From: an uncultured Pseudomonadales bacterium
GTDB taxonomy: Bacteria > Patescibacteriota > Microgenomatia > UBA1400 > UBA12028
NCBI GenBank assembly: GCA_964509365.1
Contig: CAZDWN010000002.1
Coordinates: 231,671 to 295,670 of the forward strand
Direction of reading: 5' to 3'
Length of the DNA stretch: 64,000 nt
Shown here: positions 1 through 8,738 of the stretch, piece after piece
Layout: the number at the start of each line of letters is the position of its first letter
Numbering within the stretch: the stretch's first letter is position 1
Notes under the pieces: model-generated
The model's database searches: none
What the model saw: the letters and a program-made list of their open reading frames with translations, nothing else
Told to the model about the DNA's origin: nothing
Position numbers and translations under genes: made by a program

Positions 1-99
1 TGGAAGCTCGAATTACTTCACTTCCAATATTCCCCATCTGCTCCAAAAAAGAAAGTTCATTCCATCTCCCATTCGCTAGTTGTTCATGTTGAGGTTTCA

Positions 100-465
100 T
101 TAGCTTACAAGCAATGTAACGATTTTTCTAATTTTGCTCTGAATTTCGGGGTCATCAACGCCTCTGCTCATATTATCTTGAGAAGGACGAAGGTTAATCA
201 TTGAATCAAACTCAACAAAGTCTTGATCCTCCATGTCAGGGTACAAGTTAATCCCCCACAAATTCGCCTGATTAGAATCATTTTGCATAAGGTAAGCCTC
301 TTCGTCTGAATGTAACTCTGCTTGCACGACCATAACACCTTTGTTAACGTCCACAACTGCTTTTACAAGATTTCCAAACATTTCGGAAGCAAGTTGCTTT
401 AATTCAGTGCGAGAAATTGGCGATTGAGAAGTGATTAATTTCATAGTCTTTGTATGGCATATCAT
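100..465 (-). CDS. hypothetical protein (121 aa; possible start at Met8, nt 444)
   Basis: Intact ORF with no motif I can recognise. It lies downstream of the tRNA pair on the same strand. Confidence 0.4.
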   Translation of the reverse strand: MICHTKTMKLITSQSPISRTELKQLASEMFGNLVKAVVDVNKGVMVVQAELHSDEEAYLMQNDSNQANLWGINLYPDMEDQDFVEFDSMINLRPSQDNMSRGVDDPEIQSKIRKIVTLLVS

Positions 466-512
466 ACAAAATACTAGTTAATTAATATAGAGTAACTAAA
501 AGCTCATTTTTG

Positions 513-585
513 TGACCCCACCGAGATTCGAACTCGGGTTGCCTGGATGAAAACCAGATTGCCTAGGCCACTAGCAGATGGGGCC
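513..585 (-). tRNA. tRNA-Glu (anticodon UUC)
   Basis: Cloverleaf read by hand. Acceptor GGCCCCA/UGGGGUC, T-loop UUCGAAU, anticodon stem UCUGG/CCAGG with loop UUUUCAU. CCA is not encoded. Confidence 0.85.
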
Positions 586-619
586 AGTCACAAATCTTAA
601 CTTGTTCTTCGATAAAATG

Positions 620-691
620 TGAGACCGGTGAGGATCGAACTCACGACACAGAGCTTAAAAGGCTCCTGCTCTACCACTGAGCTACGGTCCC
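620..691 (-). tRNA. tRNA-Lys (anticodon UUU)
   Basis: 5' end GGGACCGUAGCUCAGUGGUAGAGC. Anticodon stem GGAGC/GCUCU with loop CUUUUAA. T-arm GUGAG-UUCGAUC-CUCAC. Acceptor 3' strand CGGUCUC followed by A. Confidence 0.85.
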
Positions 692-858
692 AAACAAACT
701 CATTTCTTTGCCAATCTCTTCGTCTCGACCCTGACCTGCCTGCAAAGCTTGCAGCATAGCTGCTGCAGGCGGGGCTACCTGTCCGCCAAAACTTTTCGCC
801 ATAGCGGGACGTCGGTGGACGGTCCCAAGACACAGAAAAAACTGCGCCACAGTAGGAT

Positions 859-889
859 ATTGTACCATCTGGTGGGCCAGCGATTCAAT
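859..889 (-). promoter_or_regulatory. Putative sigma70 promoter with extended -10 (TTGAAT, 19-nt spacer, TG-n-TACAAT) driving the tRNA-Lys/tRNA-Glu transcript
   Basis: On the minus strand, TTGAAT is at 884-889 and TGGTACAAT has its -10 hexamer at 859-864. The inferred transcription start is about 160 nt upstream of tRNA-Lys, across a GC-rich palindromic leader. Confidence 0.4.
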
Positions 890-897
890 GAAGTCTT

Positions 898-1167
898 TTA
901 GCGTCGTTTATTGTTTCTCAGGACTAAGGCCGAGTTGTCTTTTGGCTTGAGTAAGTCAATCGCTCCAAAGTACGTAATCTCAAGCTTGTCTTCCCCATAC
1001 GCCGCTTCCATTTGAGGCCATAATCTTCGAATGAGATCGGTTTTATCAGAGTCCGACTTATCTGAGTTATATACAGCCAAGATATGAGATTTCACGAGAT
1101 CGCCCAGTTTCTGTTTTTCCTCTGGGGTTTCAGGTTTTTGTAAAAAATCTCCGTCGATGACATTCAT
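898..1167 (-). CDS. hypothetical small protein (89 aa), immediately downstream of the M16 peptidase gene
   Basis: The ORF starts 5 nt after the stop of the upstream gene on the same strand. I recognise no motif in it. Confidence 0.4.
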   Translation of the reverse strand: MNVIDGDFLQKPETPEEKQKLGDLVKSHILAVYNSDKSDSDKTDLIRRLWPQMEAAYGEDKLEITYFGAIDLLKPKDNSALVLRNNKRR

Positions 1168-1172
1168 AGAAA

Positions 1173-4076
1173 TTATATTACAGTAATGACTTCGGGTTTC
1201 AAATCCTTGATTGCGGCTTTTTGACTGGTGAGGACGACCGTCGGCCCAGACTTGATTGCCTCGAGTACTTTACCGAAAATGTGGAAATCTTTTTCGTTGG
1301 TCGAAAGGATCTGATCCCGAATCTTCTGGCGTCGCTGCTCAGTCATGCCGACGAGATGCCTCGTCAGGGCGATGAACCCCTCAGCATCCGGCAAGACGTA
1401 GTGATCGTAGTCGCTAATGGCGCCAATGACCGCTTTGGTAAGCTCCCCTTCGGTCACCTTGAGCTCCTGCAGATAGGCAGTACTCTCATCAAACGCAGAA
1501 AGAGTCTCATCGATATGAGGATCTCGGTACGAGAGAAACGTAAACGTGCCCGTGATTGTGTCAAATGCCGCAAATGCCCCGTAGGCCCCACCTTTCATCC
1601 GGACACGCTCCCAGAGCCATGAAGTGCGCAAGTATCTGGCAATGAGGATGGCGGATCCATCGAGCGTGTAGCCGGCGTCAAACAAATTGACACCGCGACC
1701 GACATAGTTGACCGTTGTGGGCGCCACCAAGACTTCGTTTGTGGGGACTACTTCCCATTTCCAGACTTGCTCCTCGGGACTGGCAGGGTTAAATTTTGAA
1801 GTTACATTGGACGCCACATCGGCGCCAAGATAGGTGAGTTCCGGATCACTTGTCACATTGACGATGAGATTCTTTTGAGTGATGATCAGCCGTCGAAGCG
1901 TCTCCAGATCACTTTTCACCGATTTCCAATCAGTTTTGACTCGATCGACGAGCTCACGGAGGAAAAAGAGTTGATTGATCCCAGAAAGCTCCTCATCGAG
2001 TTGATCAGATGCACGGAATTGTCGACGAAGTCTTGAATCAGTGAATTGATGTCCACTTTCTAGTACTTCTGCATCAAAGTCAGACTTCTCTTCCAGTACG
2101 AGTTGGAGGAAGCGATCTTTATTCCCGAGGTTTGCATGCAGGAGCGCGTTCGTAAGTAATGCGATCACATCTTTTGCTTGTCCTTCAAGCCATTTGGATC
2201 TCACGATGAGCTTCGCAATGACACTCGTATTGCCTATGTGGTTATTGGTGAAGATTTGCGTCCAAATGCCACCGCTTTGCTTGTTGATGCGATGCACAAA
2301 CTTGTCATAGGACTCATTCGCAGTCCCCATCTCGATGAGTGTTCGCGAGAAAAGCGGAATATAGCGAAGCAAATCCTGTGGGACAGTTTTGAGTTCGAAG
2401 ACGAGGTCCAAGTACACGATGCCGTTGGTAGGAGTCGCGTGCGTGAGGAGTTCATAACCTGACTGCTTGGTGATCTCACTAGGGAACACATGATTTTCTT
2501 TGGCGAGGTCCTCGATCGTGAGTTTTGGCAAGAGCGCGAGTTTCTCTTCACTGTCAGCCGCAGTCTGCAAAGTGATCAACTCTTTGGTGAGAGGCACGAG
2601 TTTCTTTTGTTCCGGGCTCGAAAGCTTTTTGACGCGAGCGGCGACATTTGCAATTTCCAATGCATCGCGTCGCTTTTGCTCATCCTTATCTGGATGCAAG
2701 ATGACGACACTGCGATGCGTATTGTCCAAGAAGTATTTTTGGATCAGTGTCTCAAAGATTTTTGTCCCCGCAGCCAACTCGCCTTTGAGCTGCTTCATAG
2801 CATTTTCAAATGAAAGTGCTTCAAATGGATCGCCTCCATAGAGCCATGATGGCAAGATGCCGTACACCATTGAGAGACCGCGAGGAAATGATCCAGTATT
2901 TTGTTCCCGCAAGGCAAACTCCGTCGTATTCATCGCAGCATCAATCGCATCTTGAGAGATGCCAGTGGCTACCAATGATCGCAACGTCTCAAAAATGATT
3001 GTCTCGACTCGCTTTGCTTGCCGCTCGTCCATGCCTTTTAAGCCCACTGAGTAGATCATTTGCTGCAAATCGCTTTCGATCCCACCTCCAGCGACATCTT
3101 CACCCAAGCCCGATTCGATGAGTTTCTTTCGAAGTGGTGAGGCAGGTGTGCCACTCAAAATAAAGGAGAGGATCTTCAGCCGAAGTGAGAGATCCCGCTG
3201 TGTCGACGAAGGGAGAACCCAGTTGACCGTCGTCATTGCTTTTTTGAGTGGATCTTCATTCTCAGCGATTGGAAGTGGTTCGATCCTCTCAATCGGCGTC
3301 GAGAATGCTGCTTGCATGGGAATGCTTGAGTCGACCGACTTGTATTCAAATTGTGAGAGATACTCGTCAGCGAGCGCGAGCCGAGACAGTTCAGGATCAT
3401 TTCCTGAAAAGTAGATCAGACTATTGCTAGGGTGATAGTAGGTCTCGTGGAATTCTTTGAAGTTCTCGTAGCTTAAATTTGGGATCTGCAGTGGATCTCC
3501 ACCAGAGTCATATTTGTATGGAGTGTCAGGGAGCAAAGAGAGGCGGATCGCATCCCACAATACATTGTCTGGTGATCCGTAAGCACCTTTCATCTCGTTG
3601 TACACGATGCCTCGGTACTCAGGCGTTTTGTCTGAGGATTCCTGATGAATATGCCACCCTTCTTGCATCAGCGTTTCTTTTGAGAGCAATGGGAAAAAGA
3701 CCGCATCCAAATAGACTCGAGTCAGATTGTAGAAATCTTTCTCATTCGTACTGGCGACTGGATACGAGGTCTTGTCAGGAAATGTAAATGCATTGAGGAA
3801 TGTATTGAGCGAGCCTTTGACGAGCTCGATAAACGGTTCTTTTAGTGGGTAGTTTTTCGAGCCGCACAAGACTGAGTGCTCGATGATGTGGGCGATACCA
3901 GTGGAGTCAGTCGGTGGGGTGCGAAACGTGATCGAGAATGACTTATTGATGTCACTATTCACAAGCGAGAGCAGCTGCGCTTTCGTCTTCGTGTGGATAT
4001 ACAGATTTGCGGTCGTCTTTAATTCTGGGATTTCTTGTGATTTTTGCAGGGTAAACCCGTGTGTGTGTTTTGCCAT
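1173..4076 (-). CDS. M16 family metallopeptidase (insulinase/pitrilysin-like, M16C PreP-type long form, 967 aa)
   Basis: Inverted zinc-binding motif HxxEH (HIIEHSVLCGS) near the N-terminus. The long form of about 970 aa is typical of the presequence-protease-like subfamily. Confidence 0.85.
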   Translation of the reverse strand: MAKHTHGFTLQKSQEIPELKTTANLYIHTKTKAQLLSLVNSDINKSFSITFRTPPTDSTGIAHIIEHSVLCGSKNYPLKEPFIELVKGSLNTFLNAFTFPDKTSYPVASTNEKDFYNLTRVYLDAVFFPLLSKETLMQEGWHIHQESSDKTPEYRGIVYNEMKGAYGSPDNVLWDAIRLSLLPDTPYKYDSGGDPLQIPNLSYENFKEFHETYYHPSNSLIYFSGNDPELSRLALADEYLSQFEYKSVDSSIPMQAAFSTPIERIEPLPIAENEDPLKKAMTTVNWVLPSSTQRDLSLRLKILSFILSGTPASPLRKKLIESGLGEDVAGGGIESDLQQMIYSVGLKGMDERQAKRVETIIFETLRSLVATGISQDAIDAAMNTTEFALREQNTGSFPRGLSMVYGILPSWLYGGDPFEALSFENAMKQLKGELAAGTKIFETLIQKYFLDNTHRSVVILHPDKDEQKRRDALEIANVAARVKKLSSPEQKKLVPLTKELITLQTAADSEEKLALLPKLTIEDLAKENHVFPSEITKQSGYELLTHATPTNGIVYLDLVFELKTVPQDLLRYIPLFSRTLIEMGTANESYDKFVHRINKQSGGIWTQIFTNNHIGNTSVIAKLIVRSKWLEGQAKDVIALLTNALLHANLGNKDRFLQLVLEEKSDFDAEVLESGHQFTDSRLRRQFRASDQLDEELSGINQLFFLRELVDRVKTDWKSVKSDLETLRRLIITQKNLIVNVTSDPELTYLGADVASNVTSKFNPASPEEQVWKWEVVPTNEVLVAPTTVNYVGRGVNLFDAGYTLDGSAILIARYLRTSWLWERVRMKGGAYGAFAAFDTITGTFTFLSYRDPHIDETLSAFDESTAYLQELKVTEGELTKAVIGAISDYDHYVLPDAEGFIALTRHLVGMTEQRRQKIRDQILSTNEKDFHIFGKVLEAIKSGPTVVLTSQKAAIKDLKPEVITVI

Positions 4077-4369
4077 AGGAAGAACATGTAGTATACCGCA
4101 CTTACGTCACCCACATGAGAGCGATTTGCAACCCATATCTTGATATAGGCGAGTTATGGGATATAATCGACAATCACAGATTTTCTGTGAACGTAAGTCT
4201 CTTTCTCTGCTTTTTCAATACGAATTTGTTTGAGAGGCGACCTTACAGATCTTTAACATGTGAAGACTGAGTACATCTAGGTGGAAGATTGGAGGCGCAC
4301 TTGCCTCTATTCCTCCACCTAGATAGCCAATTACGGCAAAAGATTTGAGGTGGTTAAGGACGGATCATT

Positions 4370-6040
4370 TTGTTACGTCGGCTCGTGGTTCTGGTCGCTC
4401 TATTGGTGCTGGGAATCCAATTCTCAGCTGTTCAAGCCTGGGGGAGTTGTACTAATCTCAACTTCTCCAGCAATCCTCCTCCGGGAAACGTGCAAGTCGG
4501 CACAACCATATCGTTTTCTGGTACTGCCAGTTGCAGTCCCGGACCGGGTAAATTTCAAGTTGTCGTGTTTATGGGTATCATCGGTAGTTCGGATGGTACT
4601 GGTTCCGTGAACGCGACGTGGGTGGCGAACAATCAATATGGTGGAAACGCTACAGTGCGTTTTTCTGCATATGCTTCTGATGATCCAGGATACTCTCCTG
4701 CGAACGCAGAACTGCAGTACACCATAGTAGCGGCTGGACAATCAGCGCCTCCGCCAGCGAACAATCCGCCTCCTGCAAACAACCCTCCTCCAGCGAATAA
4801 TCCACCGACTAGTTCGAATCTCAATTACTGTGGTCGGTCGGATCAACCCTCTGGCAATTGGGTGAAGACGTTGGCAGAGCCAACGTACATTTATTGGGGC
4901 CAAGGCACGAACACTACAGTAGTGGCATTGGCGCATGCAAATAGCTATTTCGGCGTCTTAGGGACTACCGACAGCTGGACCGAGATTGCAGATGGATTTG
5001 GCATTGGCTGGATCCAGAACGGAAATGGCCAGAGTGAACGAAACATAGGCGGTAGCCAACCCGTAAGTAATCCACCTCCCGCTAATAATGCATACACAGA
5101 TGCGCGTCAAGGCGATGGTGGATTAAATATGATTCGATTCTGTGGCGTTAGCGGTCAACAAGAATGGAACGATGGCCAAAATGCATCAAGTTGGGGCTGC
5201 AACGGTCAACCATTGGATAAGTATCAGATTTGCCAAAAAGTTTGGCCCGATCGTCCATATCCTCGCGTAGTAGGCGGTCTTGCAGGTTTCTCATGTCACT
5301 CAACGCCTCAGACTGTCGAATCTGGCTCGGGCAGTTCTCAACAGCCGGCTAATCCAACTAATGGTGCCACAACAACTTTAAATACCTTGCCGGTCATTGC
5401 GAACTGCAGCACATCGTTTCAGCTCCAGCAGAAAATAGTGGCAAATGGAACTCGAAACATTCGTCGTGGTGCTGGGCTTTCGAACAGCGCCTTTGGAACT
5501 ACGAACGCTAGTACGGTGGTCACTATCACGGAAGGACCTATATGCGTTGATGGATACTATTGGTATAAGATCTCGAATGGATCGAATACCGGTTGGGTCG
5601 CTGTGCAGGACGCAAATGGAAATACCTTTTTCCAAGTCACTTCCGGTACCGTTTCTCAGTCGCCGCCAGTTGGACAAGAAACAGTAATTAACTACTTTCC
5701 CAACTTCGACACATCGGGATTGCAAAACTCAGTTACTCAACTGCAATCAAAGTTATCGTATTTAAAACTGACAACACTGCAGTGGTGGAACAGATTCCTT
5801 TATGTAATGGACCCAATCAACAGTTGCAAAGATGCAATACCAGATGCCGTGGCAGCAATTGCAATTTCGGCATATGCATTATATTCGGGGATGTCACCAT
5901 CAGACGCAGCAAACATGGGAGCCGCGACTTTTCTGCAAGGTGCAAACTCAGGTACAGCAAACGATTTTGTCGATTGTTCAATCACAATTGGTGAATACTA
6001 CAATGATTTCCGGTCTCGCATGGCCGAGATTTTGAAGTAA
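4370..6040 (+). CDS. secreted repeat-containing protein with C-terminal SH3b-like module (556 aa, TTG start)
   Basis: N-terminal signal peptide (LVVLVALLVLGIQFSAVQAWG). Tandem PPPANN repeats. Cys-rich, Gly/Asn-rich body. The stretch GYYWYKISNGSNTGWVAVQD resembles a bacterial SH3 domain. AAGGA lies 9 nt upstream of the TTG start. Confidence 0.6.
   Translation: MLRRLVVLVALLVLGIQFSAVQAWGSCTNLNFSSNPPPGNVQVGTTISFSGTASCSPGPGKFQVVVFMGIIGSSDGTGSVNATWVANNQYGGNATVRFSAYASDDPGYSPANAELQYTIVAAGQSAPPPANNPPPANNPPPANNPPTSSNLNYCGRSDQPSGNWVKTLAEPTYIYWGQGTNTTVVALAHANSYFGVLGTTDSWTEIADGFGIGWIQNGNGQSERNIGGSQPVSNPPPANNAYTDARQGDGGLNMIRFCGVSGQQEWNDGQNASSWGCNGQPLDKYQICQKVWPDRPYPRVVGGLAGFSCHSTPQTVESGSGSSQQPANPTNGATTTLNTLPVIANCSTSFQLQQKIVANGTRNIRRGAGLSNSAFGTTNASTVVTITEGPICVDGYYWYKISNGSNTGWVAVQDANGNTFFQVTSGTVSQSPPVGQETVINYFPNFDTSGLQNSVTQLQSKLSYLKLTTLQWWNRFLYVMDPINSCKDAIPDAVAAIAISAYALYSGMSPSDAANMGAATFLQGANSGTANDFVDCSITIGEYYNDFRSRMAEILK
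4745..4810 (+). repeat. 18-nt tandem coding repeat (about 3.5 units) encoding (NNPPPA)n
   Basis: The units cctccgccagcgaacaat, ccgcctcctgcaaacaac and cctcctccagcgaataat can be read directly in the sequence. Confidence 0.8.
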
Positions 6041-6082
6041 TATGTAGAAAGGATATACTGAAACTGTCTTCACACGAATAGC

Positions 6083-6112
6083 AATGGGTGCTCAGGTAAC
6101 TGAGCACCCATT
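6083..6112. other. Perfect 13-bp stem with GUAA tetraloop (AATGGGTGCTCAG-gtaa-CTGAGCACCCATT) between two plus-strand genes
   Basis: The inverted repeat is exact in the sequence. No U-tract follows, so it may be a processing site or a structured RNA rather than a terminator. Confidence 0.5.
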
Positions 6113-6118
6113 CCAAAT

Positions 6119-6715
6119 ATGAAAATGAACTTTAGTAGAACTTATGCCCTAGCTATGGCTACTCATTTAGTTCTAGGCATAGGCTTTCTCATTGGAATGA
6201 TACTAAAAAAAATTGACTTGTTCATATTTTTCTTCTGGTGTATTCCACATTTTTCACTCGCATTTTTTCTGTTTCGGGCGAAAAAAAGCGCCGTACTTGT
6301 GTCTTTATCATTGATGATGACTTACACTTACATTTTCGTACTAGGAAAATCGACAAGCTACGATTTGGTACTCAGTTTTATTGCCGTTGGGGCATATTTA
6401 CTCTTAGTGGTGAATTTTCTGATAAGCGATTCCTCCTTTTCAGTCAATCGGACTAAATCTTTATTATTCACAGCGATGCTATTATTTCTCTCATTCTTTC
6501 TCTCGTTGCCATCAACATTATTTTTCCAATCGTCAAACGCCTTTACTTCATCAAGTGGAGTATTCATTTTCTTATTTTGGGTATTTGTTTGCAAATACTT
6601 ACAACGCAAAAATAAAGTTAGAGCGCCTTCAGATCTTGCTCCAGTTCTACTGACGACTGTGACACAGCTCATTGCTCTATTGATTCTTACTTCGTATTTG
6701 GTTTTATTTCGTTAA
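6119..6715 (+). CDS. hypothetical polytopic membrane protein (198 aa) in an AT-rich island
   Basis: About 5-6 hydrophobic helices. The local GC content is clearly lower than that of the flanking genes. Confidence 0.45.
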   Translation: MKMNFSRTYALAMATHLVLGIGFLIGMILKKIDLFIFFFWCIPHFSLAFFLFRAKKSAVLVSLSLMMTYTYIFVLGKSTSYDLVLSFIAVGAYLLLVVNFLISDSSFSVNRTKSLLFTAMLLFLSFFLSLPSTLFFQSSNAFTSSSGVFIFLFWVFVCKYLQRKNKVRAPSDLAPVLLTTVTQLIALLILTSYLVLFR

Positions 6716-6733
6716 TTGTGAGCAGTTTTACTC

Positions 6734-7270
6734 TCACTTGACAAAAATTGAAGTTACTTGGGTATAGGAAATGGGACCCACGAATCTTGAGTCAACTGAA
6801 TACTCTCTGTTATCACCCAATATAAACAACTCATTATCACTGAGCTTCCACTTAGAAGTTGACGAAATATTTGTCAAATTTTGGGAAAAAAGGTACGGCT
6901 CGTCGAGCTTACTCCCATTTAAATAAATGATCTTATTTATCACTTCAACAGAATCACCACTTGTGGCAATAATTCGCCCTAAGTGATCCGCATCTTTAAA
7001 AAGCTCATACTCTTTGTCGCTGGTGTACGCATTTCGACCGAAGTGATACGTGACAATTTCATCTTTTTTAAGGTTGCGCTTTTCCTCTAGAGTCAAATCC
7101 CGGACAGATATTCTTGAGTCTTTTTTTATCGTCGGTTCCATCCCATTCCCAAGCATGCTAATCTCTCGGACTGGCCGTTCTGTCTCAGAAACTGTGGTTG
7201 CTCTTTGACTTGTGGTGCAAGCAGCAAACAGAAGAGGTGCCATCAAAAATACGGCAAGATATTTTTTCAT
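6734..7270 (-). CDS. lepB: signal peptidase I family (S26) with a lipoprotein-type N-terminus
   Basis: Catalytic Ser box GNGMEPTI and box E GDNREYSVDSRFVGPI. The N-terminus MKKYLAVFLMAPLLFAAC carries a lipobox Cys. Confidence 0.7.
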   Translation of the reverse strand: MKKYLAVFLMAPLLFAACTTSQRATTVSETERPVREISMLGNGMEPTIKKDSRISVRDLTLEEKRNLKKDEIVTYHFGRNAYTSDKEYELFKDADHLGRIIATSGDSVEVINKIIYLNGSKLDEPYLFSQNLTNISSTSKWKLSDNELFILGDNREYSVDSRFVGPISYTQVTSIFVK

Positions 7271-7343
7271 AGAGAATTATTATATCCCATGGGCATGAAA
7301 ACCACTGCTGCACATAGTTTCTGCTTCAAAAGGAACGAGAAAT

Positions 7344-7700
7344 TTAGTTTTTGGTGATGGAAGAGATCACCTTTTGCACTTGCTTCTTGATCTTCATCGA
7401 GCGCTTGCCGATGCGATCACGCATGTAGTAGAGCTTGGCGCGTCGGACATCACCTTTGGTGAGGATGTCGATACTCGCCAATGCTGGGGACGCGATCGGA
7501 ACGATACGCTCGACTCCGATAGCTCCGGCTGCGATCTTACGGACAGTAAATGCTTTTCCTGCTTCACGATTGTCGACAGCGATGATGATCCCTTCGAAAT
7601 ACTGTTGACGGGTCTTGTCACCTTCGACGACATTGAAACCGACTTTGACTGAGTCACCGACGGAAATAGATTGGTTATTATAAGTAAAGTACTTGGCCAT
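7344..7700 (-). CDS. rplS: 50S ribosomal protein L19
   Basis: Typical bL19 sequence in both length and conserved residues (VGDSVKV...GDVRRAKLYY). Confidence 0.9.
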   Translation of the reverse strand: MAKYFTYNNQSISVGDSVKVGFNVVEGDKTRQQYFEGIIIAVDNREAGKAFTVRKIAAGAIGVERIVPIASPALASIDILTKGDVRRAKLYYMRDRIGKRSMKIKKQVQKVISSITKN

Positions 7701-7845
7701 ACGAATTCTTTATTTTTTTCTGCGATAGCAGAATACTCAAGTAACATGATGTCCACCGAAGCTGACCGAATCGCAATATGGCCGAATAGGCCCAATAATT
7801 GCGAACTCGCTGTCGCGAAGGAGGAGCAATCAAGGTGTCATTATA

Positions 7846-8439
7846 TCAAGACTTCGAGTAGGTTTCAATCTGCAGCTTGGTGAAGCCCAGAGAAACCAAG
7901 TTTTCATGGATTTGCTTCAGATTGTCACCTTTTGAGTGCCACAGCCCAAGGAGCGCTTGGATCGTTTCCCTGACTTCCCAGGGGAAAATGACCCAAGCTT
8001 CACTATCGCCGACATAGAAATCAGGCGTTACCTTGGTCCAGGGCTTGCGAAACAGGGTTGCGAGCTTCACATCTTTTGGAGCTTGAGCTGAGAGATACTG
8101 TGAAATGAACAGCAGCGTTTCTCCGCTGTCAGCCAGATCATCGACCACGAGGACACGCTCATCTTTGATCGTCGCCGCCAAAGGCTGAATGACGACAGGT
8201 GTGGCGGTCTTTTCATTGATGCCAGTATACATCTCTGTCTGGATGACGCTAATTTTCTTGACCGCGAGCGCATCACCGAGCGCTTGAGTAATGGAGACGC
8301 CGCCTCGAGCCAAGGCGATCAGGCGGTCGTATTTTTGATTCGTCGCCAAAATTTGCTGGGCCAGTTTAAAGGTCAAATCACCAATATCATCCCAAGAGAT
8401 GACTTCATAGGCCTGATCATGGATTGTCTGTGTGATCAT
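7846..8439 (-). CDS. phosphoribosyltransferase (purine PRTase-like, type I PRT fold)
   Basis: PRPP-binding motif VLVVDDLADSGETL. Confidence 0.7.
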   Translation of the reverse strand: MITQTIHDQAYEVISWDDIGDLTFKLAQQILATNQKYDRLIALARGGVSITQALGDALAVKKISVIQTEMYTGINEKTATPVVIQPLAATIKDERVLVVDDLADSGETLLFISQYLSAQAPKDVKLATLFRKPWTKVTPDFYVGDSEAWVIFPWEVRETIQALLGLWHSKGDNLKQIHENLVSLGFTKLQIETYSKS

Positions 8440-8720
8440 GTTTCCTCAGTAGAAGGAATAAGGATGACTTTTTTTCCCATCTCTAGATAAATAGCTGCTA
8501 TTTCTGGGTTCCTCGTAACAATAGGTCGAGGAGGTGGAAGCGGGCATTCCTCCAATCGTTGAAGCCCCGCTTTGAACTGACGAATTTGTTCTTCCCAGTA
8601 CTCAATCTCCTCTGGAGTACATTTCATTTCTACAAAAACAGGAGTTGCGCCCATTTCGACAAGCGTGTCAAAAACTTCTTTATTATGCACGACTGGGCTG
8701 TATGTTCGCTTTTCTCCCAT
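8436..8720 (-). CDS. hypothetical protein (94 aa), translationally coupled to the PRTase
   Basis: 4-nt ATGA overlap with the downstream gene. No motif I can recognise. Confidence 0.4.
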   Translation of the reverse strand: MGEKRTYSPVVHNKEVFDTLVEMGATPVFVEMKCTPEEIEYWEEQIRQFKAGLQRLEECPLPPPRPIVTRNPEIAAIYLEMGKKVILIPSTEET

Positions 8721-8738
8721 ATTTTCCCTTACTACATA

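Noticed and set aside
692-850. Confident SRP RNA (ffs) call
   Set aside because: There is only a short partial resemblance to helix 8. I could not build the full conserved fold by eye, so this is left as a finding to be tested with covariance models.
597-868. ORFs 597..833 and 671..868 on the minus strand
   Set aside because: They overlap tRNA-Lys and the GC-rich palindromic leader, and their amino-acid composition (Arg/Ala/Gly-rich) is typical of spurious GC-rich frames.
4350-4610. Alternative-frame ORF 4350..4610 as the start of the secreted protein
   Set aside because: It is a different frame from the long ORF. The long frame, starting at TTG 4370 with an upstream AAGGA and a signal peptide, is preferred.
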